A stretch of 64,000 nucleotides of DNA from Ornithinimicrobium sp. (GTDB lineage: Bacteria > Actinomycetota > Actinomycetes > Actinomycetales > Dermatophilaceae): NCBI RefSeq assembly GCF_035267225.1, contig NZ_DATFMA010000052.1:18797-82796 (forward strand), written 5' to 3'. The notes under the pieces are model-generated. The model saw only the letters and a program-made list of their open reading frames with translations, had not been told where the DNA came from and did no database searches. Below are positions 55,830 through 64,000 of this stretch, piece by piece; within the stretch, counting starts at the first letter, position 1, and each line of letters starts with the position of its first letter. The position numbers and the translations under genes were made by a program.

Positions 55830-56959
55830 CGACCGCAGACGGCGACCGGTGGTCGCTGGAGACCGAGACGGTGGCGGCGGGCCGCCCCCCGCGGGAGCCC
55901 GGCGCCCCGGTGAATGCTCCGGTGACCTTCACCTCGACCTACGTCGCCGACGCCGACGACGTAGACCGTCTCGCCTACGCCCGCGTCGGCAACCCCACCT
56001 GGACGGCCTTCGAGGAGGCCGTGGGAACCCTCGAAGGTGGGCACGCGCTCGCGTTCGCCTCCGGGATGGGGGCGATCTCGGCCGTGCTGGGTCAGGTCCC
56101 GTACGGCGGGGTGGTGCTCGCACCACACCGCGCCTACAGCGGGACGACGAGCCTGCTCGACGAGATGGCCGCCACTGGAGCGCTACGGGTGCGACGCGTC
56201 GATATCGCGGACACCGAGGACGTACGCCATGGCCTCACCGCTGGACCTGCAGTCGACCTGGTCCTGGCGGAGTCCCCGACCAACCCGATGCTGGAGGTCG
56301 CCGACCTGGCCGCCGTCGCCGAGGCGGCACACGCGGCCGGGGCGATCGTCGCGGTGGACAACACCTTTGCCACGCCGCTGCGTCAGCGGCCGCTGGAGAC
56401 GGGGGCCGACATGGTGGTCCACTCGGCGACGAAGTACCTGTCCGGACACTCCGACGTGCTGCTCGGTGCGGTGGTCACCCCGCACACCGCCCGGGGTCGG
56501 GCGGACCGGGAACGGCTGGCGTCCCACCGCACCTCCCGCGGCGCGATCCCGGGGCCGATGGAGGTGTGGCTGGCCTTACGCGGGCTGCGCACGTTGGCCC
56601 TGCGGGTCGATCGCAGCGAGGCCACGGCTCAGATGCTGGCCTCACGGCTGGGCGACCACCCGGCGGTTGCCCGCGTGCGCTACCCGGGATGGGGCGCGGT
56701 CGTGAGCATCGAGATCGCCCACGACGTGCCCACCGCTGAGCTGGTCTGTGCCTCCACCCGCCTGTGGTTGCCCTCGACCAGTCTGGGTGGGGTGGAGTCC
56801 CAGATCGAGCGGCGCCGACGACACGAGGCGGAGGTCCACACGGTGCCCGACACGTTGCTGCGCCTGTCGGTCGGCATCGAGAACGGGGAGGATCTGTGGC
56901 GCGATCTGCGCGCCGCGCTGGACCACGCCCGCCGCGCCCCGGCTGACAGGATGCCCTGA
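55826..56959 (+). CDS. metB: Cystathionine gamma-synthase / Cys-Met metabolism PLP enzyme
   Basis: YARVGNPTW, FASGMGA, ESPTNP, DNTFATP, HSATKYLSGHSD, SLGGVES, LRLSVGIE. Confidence 0.8.
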   Translation: MTTADGDRWSLETETVAAGRPPREPGAPVNAPVTFTSTYVADADDVDRLAYARVGNPTWTAFEEAVGTLEGGHALAFASGMGAISAVLGQVPYGGVVLAPHRAYSGTTSLLDEMAATGALRVRRVDIADTEDVRHGLTAGPAVDLVLAESPTNPMLEVADLAAVAEAAHAAGAIVAVDNTFATPLRQRPLETGADMVVHSATKYLSGHSDVLLGAVVTPHTARGRADRERLASHRTSRGAIPGPMEVWLALRGLRTLALRVDRSEATAQMLASRLGDHPAVARVRYPGWGAVVSIEIAHDVPTAELVCASTRLWLPSTSLGGVESQIERRRRHEAEVHTVPDTLLRLSVGIENGEDLWRDLRAALDHARRAPADRMP

Positions 56960-57255
56960 TGACGACCTACCTGGTGACGTACACCTACAGCGGCGACGCG
57001 GGGCTGCGGGACGAGCACCGGCCGGTGCACCGGGAGTTCCTGCGCGACCTGGCCGCTGACGGCGCCCTCCTGGTGGCCGGTCCCCTGCCCGATGCGGAGC
57101 CGCCCGTGGCGGTGCTCGTGCTCCGCGCCAGCGGGGAGGAGGAGGTCCGTGAGCTGCTGCGCGAGGACCCGTTCCAGCAGCAGGGACTCCTCGAGTCGGT
57201 CCAGGTGCAGGAGTGGACGACGGCGGTCGGCGGCTGGCCGCCGTCCGAGGGCTAG
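56959..57255 (+). CDS. YciI family protein
   Basis: HRPVHREFL, LLVAGP, DPF motifs. Confidence 0.85.
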   Translation: MTTYLVTYTYSGDAGLRDEHRPVHREFLRDLAADGALLVAGPLPDAEPPVAVLVLRASGEEEVRELLREDPFQQQGLLESVQVQEWTTAVGGWPPSEG

Positions 57256-58172
57256 GAGAGCTCGGCCGTGACGTAGGTCCCGGCTTCGCCGCGGAGCAGG
57301 TCGACCGCGGCGTCCAGGGTCCCGATCGCGGCAGCCTTGCCCTTGCCCCCGTGCTCGACGAACCGGCACACCGCCTCGACCTTGGGCCGCATCGACCCTG
57401 CGGGGAGGTCGAGGGCCCTCATCTCGGCCGGTGTCGTGTGCCGGATCGGGCGGGCCGCCTCGGTGCCGTAGTGGGCGACGACGTGCGGCACGTCGGTCAG
57501 CACCAGCAACCGGTCGGCCTGCAGGCGGCTGGCCAGCAGCGCGGCAGAGAGGTCCTTGTCGATCACCGCTTCGACCCCGAGGAGGTCGCCGGTCTGCGTG
57601 CGCATCACCGGGACTCCGCCGCCTCCCGCGCAGACGACGATGATGCTCTCGTCGAGGAGATGGTCGATGAGCTGGGTCTCGATGACCTCCTGCGGCTTCG
57701 GCGAGGGGACGACCCGGCGCCAGTGCTCACCGTCGGCCTTGACCTGCCAGCCGTTCTTGGCCGCCATCGCCTTGGCCTCGGCCTCGGGGTAGACCTCGCC
57801 GACGAACTTGGTCGGGTCAGCGAAGGCCGGGTCGGCTGCGTCGACCAAGGTCTGGTTGATGATGGAGGCGAACTGGCGGTAGGGCCGCTGGTTGCCCATG
57901 GACTGCAGGATCCAGTAGCCGATCAGCCCCTGCGTCATCGCCCCGAGCGCATCGAACGGGTAGGACTTGGTCAACCGGGGGTCGGCGGCGCTCTCCATCG
58001 CCAGCACACCCACCTGCGGCCCGTTGCCGTGGGTGATCACGACCTGGTGCTCGTCCACCAGCGGTGCCAGGGCGCGCGCAGCCGCCTGGATGTTCTGCAG
58101 CTGGCTGTGTGCATCCGGAACCTGCCCCCGCTGCAACAGGGCGTTGCCGCCGAGCGCTACCACGACCCTCAT
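57252..58172 (-). CDS. arcC: Carbamate kinase
   Basis: VVALGGNALL, THGNGPQVG, DPAFADPTKFVG, WRRVVPSP, GGGGVP, AVIDKD, GSMRPKV. Confidence 0.95.
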   Translation of the reverse strand: MRVVVALGGNALLQRGQVPDAHSQLQNIQAAARALAPLVDEHQVVITHGNGPQVGVLAMESAADPRLTKSYPFDALGAMTQGLIGYWILQSMGNQRPYRQFASIINQTLVDAADPAFADPTKFVGEVYPEAEAKAMAAKNGWQVKADGEHWRRVVPSPKPQEVIETQLIDHLLDESIIVVCAGGGGVPVMRTQTGDLLGVEAVIDKDLSAALLASRLQADRLLVLTDVPHVVAHYGTEAARPIRHTTPAEMRALDLPAGSMRPKVEAVCRFVEHGGKGKAAAIGTLDAAVDLLRGEAGTYVTAELS

Positions 58173-58305
58173 GTCCTTGCTCCCGTCACACCGTGCAGGG
58201 TATGCCGTGCGCACCGGTCGCATCGCGGCGCGCTGTATCACCGAGCGCCGCAGGTGCTCTGTCTGATCAGCCCACCCACCCGGGTGAGCCGATAGCGAGG
58301 AGACA

Positions 58306-59142
58306 GTGATGAACGTCGAACCATGGATGGACCTGGCGGCCGGCGACCCCTCCGAGGGCGTGGTCCGTGCCGCCCAGCACCTGCTCAACGCCGCTGGCGC
58401 CGGCATCGTCGCTGACGGCATCTTCGGCCCCCAGACCAGCGCCGCCGTCAGTGACCGCCAGAGCGCGGAAGGCCTCCCGGTGACCGGAGCCATCGACCCG
58501 CCGACCTGGATCCACCTCGTTCGCACGGTCCGGCGCGGCGACACCGGGGATGTCGTGCGCGCGGTGCAGTCGGTTCCCCCCGCCTCGGTCGCGGCGCCAC
58601 CCCTGACGGTCGACGGAGTGTTCGACTCCGAGACGGAGAGCTATGTCGAGTTCCTGCAGGGGCTGTACGGGCTCACTCGCGACGGGGTCGTCGGACGGCA
58701 GACCTGGTCGTTCGCCCAGGCGCTGCGACCCGGGGTCGCGCTCTGGCCCCTCGTCGGGCCCTCGCCATACGCCCGCACTCGCGCTGCGTGTGTGCAGCAT
58801 CTCCTGAACGCGGCCGGGGCCGGCCTGGAGGTGGACGGGATCTACGGGCCGCTGACCGGTGAAGCCACCAGGGTGTTTCAGCAGACGCTGCGGGCGCTGT
58901 ACATCGGGAGGGTGGTCGGCCAGCTCGACTGGCCGGCCTTGATCGAGACGGTGGGACCGGGAAGCTCCGGAGATGTCGTCCGAGCCGCGCAGGTGCTGCT
59001 GGGGGGTGTCGAGGTCGACGGGGTCTTCGGGCCCCTGACCCAGCAGGCGGTCGAGATCGCCCAGTCTTTCCAGCTGGTACCGGTGGACGGTGTGGTCGGC
59101 CCACAGACCTGGCTCGCGATGCTCGTCGGGACCCACGAGTGA
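58306..59142 (+). CDS. Protein made of four tandem peptidoglycan-binding (PG_binding_1) domains
   Basis: Four repeats of the V..(A)Q.LL...DG.FG..T..A....Q......(D)G......W pattern; no catalytic domain or signal peptide seen. Confidence 0.8.
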   Translation: MMNVEPWMDLAAGDPSEGVVRAAQHLLNAAGAGIVADGIFGPQTSAAVSDRQSAEGLPVTGAIDPPTWIHLVRTVRRGDTGDVVRAVQSVPPASVAAPPLTVDGVFDSETESYVEFLQGLYGLTRDGVVGRQTWSFAQALRPGVALWPLVGPSPYARTRAACVQHLLNAAGAGLEVDGIYGPLTGEATRVFQQTLRALYIGRVVGQLDWPALIETVGPGSSGDVVRAAQVLLGGVEVDGVFGPLTQQAVEIAQSFQLVPVDGVVGPQTWLAMLVGTHE

Positions 59143-59308
59143 GGCTGTCTGCCGCAGCGCACGCTGCGAGTGCTGCTGGGGGCTGATGCATCGGCGACCG
59201 CGGAGGGACGCCCGGCGCGAGGTCGCTTCCTCGTGAGCGGCACCGACCTGCGCTGCGGTCGCGATACGTTGAGCCCGGCTCTTCGCTTCCGCAGATCGGA
59301 GTGTGCAG

Positions 59309-60973
59309 ATGAAGGTCGACGTCGCCGTAGTCGGTGCGGGACTCGCTGGGCTGGTCGCGACCGGCGAGCTTCTCCGGGCCGGTCGCAGCGTGGCGCTGCT
59401 CGACCAGGAGTCGACGGACCACCTGGGTGGGCAGGCGTGGTGGTCCTTCGGTGGGCTCTTCCTGGTCGACTCCCCGGAGCAGCGGCGGATGGGGATCAAG
59501 GACAGCGCCGAGCTGGCCTGGTCGGACTGGCAGGGGTCCGCGGAGTTCGACCGCTTGAGCGGCCCGGACGCCCAGGACCGGTGGGCGGTGCCGTGGGCCA
59601 AGGCGTACGTCGACTGGGCGGCCGGAGAGAAGCGCGGCTGGCTGCGCAAGCGGGGTGTGTCCTTCTTCCCCGTGGTGGGGTGGGCTGAGCGAGGTGACGG
59701 CACGGCCCGTGGTCACGGCAACTCGGTCCCCCGGTTCCATCTGACATGGGGCACCGGGCCCGGGGTGGTAGAGCCCTTCGAGCGGTCGGTGCGCGAAGGC
59801 GTGCGATCCGGTCGAGTCCGGCTCCTCGGCCGCCACCGGGTCCGCGAGCTGCTCACCACCGACGGTTCCGTGAGCGGAGTCCGCGGCGACGTGCTGGTGA
59901 CCGACCGGGCCGAGCGGGGGGCCGCCAGCAGCCGCAGCGTGGTCGACTCCTTCGAGATCGGCGCCCAGGCCGTGGTCGTCACCAGCGGAGGCATCGGCGC
60001 CAATGTGGCGCTGATCCGCGAGTTCTGGCCCGAGCGGCTCGGCGCCGCGCCGGAGCACATGCTCACCGGGGTGCCGGCATACGTTGACGGCTCGATGCTC
60101 AGCGTCGCCTCCGAGGTGGGGGCGCGCATCGTCAACCGCGACCGGATGTGGCACTACACGGAGGGTCTGGGCAACCACACGCCGGTCTGGGCCGGGCATG
60201 GGGTTCGGGTGCTGGCCGGGCCTTCCGGAATGTGGCTGGATGCCACCGGGGCCCGGCTTCCGCCCCCCTACTTTCCCGGGTTCGACACCCTCGGGACCCT
60301 GCGCCATCTGCGCATGACGGGCTACGACCACTCCTGGATGGTGTTGACCCGCTCCATGCTGGCCAAGGAATGGGCGCTGTCGGGGTCCGAGCAGAACCCG
60401 GACCTGACCGGGCGGTCCGTGCCCGGGGTGATCGAACGCGCTCGCACGGACGTGCCCGCCCCGGTGCGTGCGTTCGTCGAGGCCGGGATCGACATCGTGT
60501 CCGGCAACTCGGTGGCCGAGCTGGCGGCGCGGATGAACAGCCTGGCCGGCTCGGCGCTCATCGACCGGCGAGAGCTGCAGAGCACCATCACGGCTCGGGA
60601 CGCCCAGCTGGCCAACCCGTTCGGCAAGGACTCCCAGCTGTCCGCCGTCAACGCAGCCCGGGAGTACCGCGGAGACCGGCTCATGCGCACCGCCAAGCCG
60701 CACCGGCTGACCGACCCCCACCACGGCCCCCTCCTGGCCGCTCGCATGCGCACCCTGACCCGCAAGACGCTCGGCGGTCTGCAGACCGACCTTCGCTCGC
60801 GGGTGCAGTCCTCCGAGGCGGCTCCCGTCCCGGGGCTTTACGCGGCTGGCGAGGTCGCCGGATTCGGCGGCGGCGGCATGCACGGCTACCGCAGCCTCGA
60901 GGGCACCTTCCTGGGCGGCTGCCTGTACTCCGGTCGCAGCGCCGGCCGTGCTGTCGCCGAGGATCTGCGCTAG
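59309..60973 (+). CDS. FAD-binding dehydrogenase (KstD/SdhA-like flavoprotein)
   Basis: VVGAGLAGL, LGGQAWWSFGG, TRKTLGGLQTD, GLYAAGE..GFGGGG.HGYRSLEGTFLGGC. Confidence 0.88.
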   Translation: MKVDVAVVGAGLAGLVATGELLRAGRSVALLDQESTDHLGGQAWWSFGGLFLVDSPEQRRMGIKDSAELAWSDWQGSAEFDRLSGPDAQDRWAVPWAKAYVDWAAGEKRGWLRKRGVSFFPVVGWAERGDGTARGHGNSVPRFHLTWGTGPGVVEPFERSVREGVRSGRVRLLGRHRVRELLTTDGSVSGVRGDVLVTDRAERGAASSRSVVDSFEIGAQAVVVTSGGIGANVALIREFWPERLGAAPEHMLTGVPAYVDGSMLSVASEVGARIVNRDRMWHYTEGLGNHTPVWAGHGVRVLAGPSGMWLDATGARLPPPYFPGFDTLGTLRHLRMTGYDHSWMVLTRSMLAKEWALSGSEQNPDLTGRSVPGVIERARTDVPAPVRAFVEAGIDIVSGNSVAELAARMNSLAGSALIDRRELQSTITARDAQLANPFGKDSQLSAVNAAREYRGDRLMRTAKPHRLTDPHHGPLLAARMRTLTRKTLGGLQTDLRSRVQSSEAAPVPGLYAAGEVAGFGGGGMHGYRSLEGTFLGGCLYSGRSAGRAVAEDLR

Positions 60974-61957
60974 GTGGAGACCGAGGAGCACGGGCCATTC
61001 CCACCCGGAGCCTTCGCCTCGTTGCTCGGCGCCCGGGTGCACTGGGTCGACTTCGGCGGGCCGAGCGAGCCCGGGGCCCCACTGTGCGTCCTCGTGCACG
61101 GTCTGGGTGGCTCCACCGTGAACTGGGAGTCGGTGGTGCCGCACCTGCTGGGCCGGTTTCGCTGCGTGGCGCTGGACCTGGCCGGCTTCGGCCGCACCGA
61201 CCCGGGACCACGCCGCGGGACGGTCGAAGACAACACGGCGCTGCTCGCCTCCTTCGTCTCGATGGTGACCGCGGACTCCCTCTCCCGGACGGTGGTGCTG
61301 GTCGGGAACTCCATGGGCGGCCTGATCTGCGCGCGCTACGCCTGCTCGGTGGCGCCGCCCGGTGACGTGGGGGCGGCCTCGGCGCGGCCGGCCATCGCGG
61401 GCGTCGTCCTGCTGGACCCCACGGTCCCGCCGGCGCGCCTGGTGCCCGGTCCCGGCGGGGTCCTGGCCGCCGGGCTGTACGCGGTTCCCGCCGTCGGGCG
61501 TGCGGCGGCTCGAGCCCGCCGTTCCTGGCGCACACCTGAGCAGAACGTCGGGGACACCCTGCGGTTGTGCACGGTCGACCCGGCGCGGGTGGACCCCGAC
61601 GTGGTGGCTCGACATCTTCCCGTGGCGCGGCGGCGTGTGACGCATCCTGAGATGGACCGGTTCTACAGCGACGCGGCACGCTCGATCCTGTGGCACCTGG
61701 CTCACCGCTGGGCCACCGACGCGACCTACGCGAGCCTGACGATGCCGGTGCTGCTGGTGCATGGCACCCGTGATCGGCTGGTGCCCTTCTCCGGCGCCGT
61801 CAGGATCGCCGGTCAGAACCCCGGGTGGCGGTTCGTGCCGGCGGCTGACTGCGGGCACCTGCCGATGCTCGAGCATCCGCGGTGGCTGGCAGGCCACATG
61901 CACCGATGGTGGAGCGACATCGCCGGGGACGCCGGGTCCGTTCCTGTGGTGGACTGA
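60974..61957 (+). CDS. Alpha/beta hydrolase
   Basis: VHGLGGS, LDLAGFG, GNSMGG, HGTRDRLVP, CGHLP. Confidence 0.9.
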   Translation: METEEHGPFPPGAFASLLGARVHWVDFGGPSEPGAPLCVLVHGLGGSTVNWESVVPHLLGRFRCVALDLAGFGRTDPGPRRGTVEDNTALLASFVSMVTADSLSRTVVLVGNSMGGLICARYACSVAPPGDVGAASARPAIAGVVLLDPTVPPARLVPGPGGVLAAGLYAVPAVGRAAARARRSWRTPEQNVGDTLRLCTVDPARVDPDVVARHLPVARRRVTHPEMDRFYSDAARSILWHLAHRWATDATYASLTMPVLLVHGTRDRLVPFSGAVRIAGQNPGWRFVPAADCGHLPMLEHPRWLAGHMHRWWSDIAGDAGSVPVVD

Positions 61958-61961
61958 CGCC

Positions 61962-62468
61962 ATGGGCGACGTGACGGCGTGGCAGCGCAAGGCGCTGACC
62001 GCTGCCCTGCTCGTCTTCCAGCGGCTTCCGGAGCGGCTGAAGCGGGTCCTGGTCCGTGCCGGAACGCCGCACTACACCGTGGGGGCGGTCTGTGCCGTGC
62101 AGCACGACCAGGCCGTGCTGATGCTGAGCCAGCCGCACCGCGCCGGCTGGAGCCTGCCCGGAGGCCTGCTGGAGACGGGCGAGACCCCGACCGAGGCCGT
62201 GGTCAGGGAGGTTCTGGAGGAGACGGGCTTGCGGATCGACCCGGGTGACCAGGTCGCGGTGGGTGTGCATCCCGAGGGTCAGAGCGTGGACGTGATCTTC
62301 CGCGTCGTCGTGGACCACCGCCCCGACCTCGAGCTGTCCTCGGAGGCGCGACGGGCACGGTGGTTCGCTCTGGACGACCTGGCGGACATGGACGAGGACA
62401 CCTCGCGCATCCTTGCCGTGCTCCGCGGGGCAGGGGCGGATCCCGTTCCCGGGCGGCTGCGCTCCTGA
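61962..62468 (+). CDS. NUDIX hydrolase
   Basis: Nudix box GGLLETGETPTEAVVREVLEETGL. Confidence 0.9.
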   Translation: MGDVTAWQRKALTAALLVFQRLPERLKRVLVRAGTPHYTVGAVCAVQHDQAVLMLSQPHRAGWSLPGGLLETGETPTEAVVREVLEETGLRIDPGDQVAVGVHPEGQSVDVIFRVVVDHRPDLELSSEARRARWFALDDLADMDEDTSRILAVLRGAGADPVPGRLRS

Positions 62469-62489
62469 CCAGGCGAACGGGAAACGCGG

Positions 62490-63470
62490 TCAGAGGGTGA
62501 GCAGGATCTTGCCGATGTGCTGGCTGTCCTCCATGGCCCGATGGGCTTGCGCCACCTGCTCCAGCGGGTAGGTCGCGTGCACCAGCGGGCGCACCGTTCC
62601 TGCCTCGATGAGCGGCCAGACACGCTCGCGGACGGCGCCGACGATGGCCGCCTTCTCCGGCGTCGACCGTGCCCGCAGGCTGGTGGCGCTGATGCGACCT
62701 CGCTTGCCGAGCAGCCGCGCGAGGTTCAGCTCGCCCTTGACGCCGCCGAGCAGGCCGATGACGACAAGCCGTCCCCCGGGCGCCAGAGCCCTGACGTTGC
62801 CGTCCAGGTACTTCGCCCCGACGACGTCGAGGATCACGTCCGCCCCCGCGCCCTCGGTGATTTCTTGCACTCGCTCGACGAAGTCCTCGTCCCGGTAGTT
62901 GATGCCGGCGTCGGCTCCCAGAGCACGGCAGGCGCGGAGCTTCTCCGTCGATCCCGCCGTCACCACCACCGTGGCTCCCAGGGCGTGGCCCACCTGGATG
63001 GCCATGGTTCCGATGCCGCTGGACCCTCCGTGCACCAGCAGGGTCTGCCCGCGGCTCAGGCCCGCCTCGATGACCACGTTGCTCCAGACCGTGCAGGCCA
63101 CCTCGGGAAGGGCCGCGGCGTCACGCAGGCTCACCCCGCTCGGCACCGGCAGTACCTGACCGGCCGGGACGGCGACCTGCTCGGCGTACCCACCCCCCGC
63201 GAGCAGGGCGCAGACCTGGTCGCCGGGGTTCCACGCGCTGACTGCCTCGCCGACGCGGCTGACCGTGCCACTGACCTCCAGGCCGGGCAGCTCGGAGACA
63301 CCATCCGGTGGCGGGTACACGCCCATCCGTTGCATCACATCGGCCCGGTTCACCCCGGCCGCCACGACGTCGATGACGATCTCCCGGGGGCCGGCCTGCG
63401 GAGGCGGCACGTCGTCCCGCACCGTCAGGACGTCGGCGTCTCCGAACTCGGGGAGGGTGACTGCTCGCAT
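62490..63470 (-). CDS. NAD(P)H-quinone oxidoreductase (PIG3-like MDR family)
   Basis: AAGVNRAD, PGLEVSG, ALLAGGGYAE, HGGSSGIG, GGRLVVIG. Confidence 0.92.
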   Translation of the reverse strand: MRAVTLPEFGDADVLTVRDDVPPPQAGPREIVIDVVAAGVNRADVMQRMGVYPPPDGVSELPGLEVSGTVSRVGEAVSAWNPGDQVCALLAGGGYAEQVAVPAGQVLPVPSGVSLRDAAALPEVACTVWSNVVIEAGLSRGQTLLVHGGSSGIGTMAIQVGHALGATVVVTAGSTEKLRACRALGADAGINYRDEDFVERVQEITEGAGADVILDVVGAKYLDGNVRALAPGGRLVVIGLLGGVKGELNLARLLGKRGRISATSLRARSTPEKAAIVGAVRERVWPLIEAGTVRPLVHATYPLEQVAQAHRAMEDSQHIGKILLTL

Positions 63471-63493
63471 GGGCCCCGACCGTGGGAAGGGTG

Positions 63494-64000
63494 TCAACCG
63501 ATGAGGATGCCCGCGATGGCCGCGCTCATCAGGTTGGCCAGGGTCGCGGCCGCGATCGCGCGCAAGCCCAGCTCGGCGATGTCGCGGCGCCGGTCCGGCG
63601 CGATTCCGCCCAGGCCACCGAGCAGGATGCCCAGCGAGCCGAGGTTGGCGAAGCCGGTCAGGGCGAACGTGATGATTGCCCCGGTCTTCTCGCTGAACGA
63701 GTCGATCTGCGGCGCGAAGTCGGCGAAGGCCACGAACTCGTTGACCACGATCTTCTGCCCGACGAAGCTGCCCGCCTGCACGGCCTCGTCCCAACCGACG
63801 CCGATGACGAACATGATCGGCGCGAACACATAGCCGAGAATCTTCTCGAAGGTGAGGTCGCCGGCGCCGAACCAGCCGCCCACCAGGCCGATGAAGAGGT
63901 TGATGAGGGCGATGAGCGCGATGAAGGCGAGCAACATCGCCCCGATGTTCAGCGCCAGCCGGAGGCCATCGGCGGCTCCGGACGCAGCCGCGTCGATGAC
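63494..64000 (-). CDS. nupC: Concentrative nucleoside transporter NupC/CNT, C-terminal part (5' end outside the window)
   Basis: MLLAFIALIALIN, GQKIVVNEFVAF, FALTGFANLGS, ATLANLMSAAIAG. Confidence 0.92.
   Translation of the reverse strand, partial: VIDAAASGAADGLRLALNIGAMLLAFIALIALINLFIGLVGGWFGAGDLTFEKILGYVFAPIMFVIGVGWDEAVQAGSFVGQKIVVNEFVAFADFAPQIDSFSEKTGAIITFALTGFANLGSLGILLGGLGGIAPDRRRDIAELGLRAIAAATLANLMSAAIAGILIG

Noticed and set aside
1-64000. tRNA, rRNA, IS elements, integrases, prophage, defence systems
   Set aside because: No cloverleaf or T-loop motifs in intergenic DNA and no transposase, recombinase, nuclease or phage motifs in the ORFs; a tRNAscan/HMM run would confirm.

Overview
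A 64-kb stretch of a high-GC actinobacterial chromosome (roughly 70% GC by eye; gene content and leaderless promoters suggest a Micrococcales-like organism, which is inference). It is densely coding, with about 65 genes, mostly metabolic, transport and stress functions. I saw no rRNA, tRNA, CRISPR array, transposase, integrase or phage genes. Main blocks: (1) ctlX-like amidinotransferase-fold gene next to a fungal-type (Lys1-like) saccharopine dehydrogenase; (2) a self-sufficient CYP102 P450-reductase fusion; (3) small general-stress genes; (4) a molybdopterin / FdhF-YdeP / FdhD cluster beside an hsp20 whose promoter carries both a CIRCE and a HAIR operator; (5) ilvA, pfkA, FNT, bioY; (6) an ~11-kb putative light/UV-protection island (MMPL, MpaB-like oxygenase, FAD oxidoreductase, SDR-DUF2867, CPBP, Dps, DUF427, an Fe-S-less (6-4)-type photolyase and a CPD photolyase); (7) a stand-alone CapA lipoprotein, MFS/AzlCD transporters; (8) a secreted serine hydrolase fused through one TM helix to an ABC ATPase plus a permease; (9) CGNR regulator/EamA divergon, metB-like, orphan carbamate kinase, a protein made only of four peptidoglycan-binding domains, and a partial nupC. 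Start codons were refined by hand from the ORF track. All functional calls come from motif recognition, not database searches.
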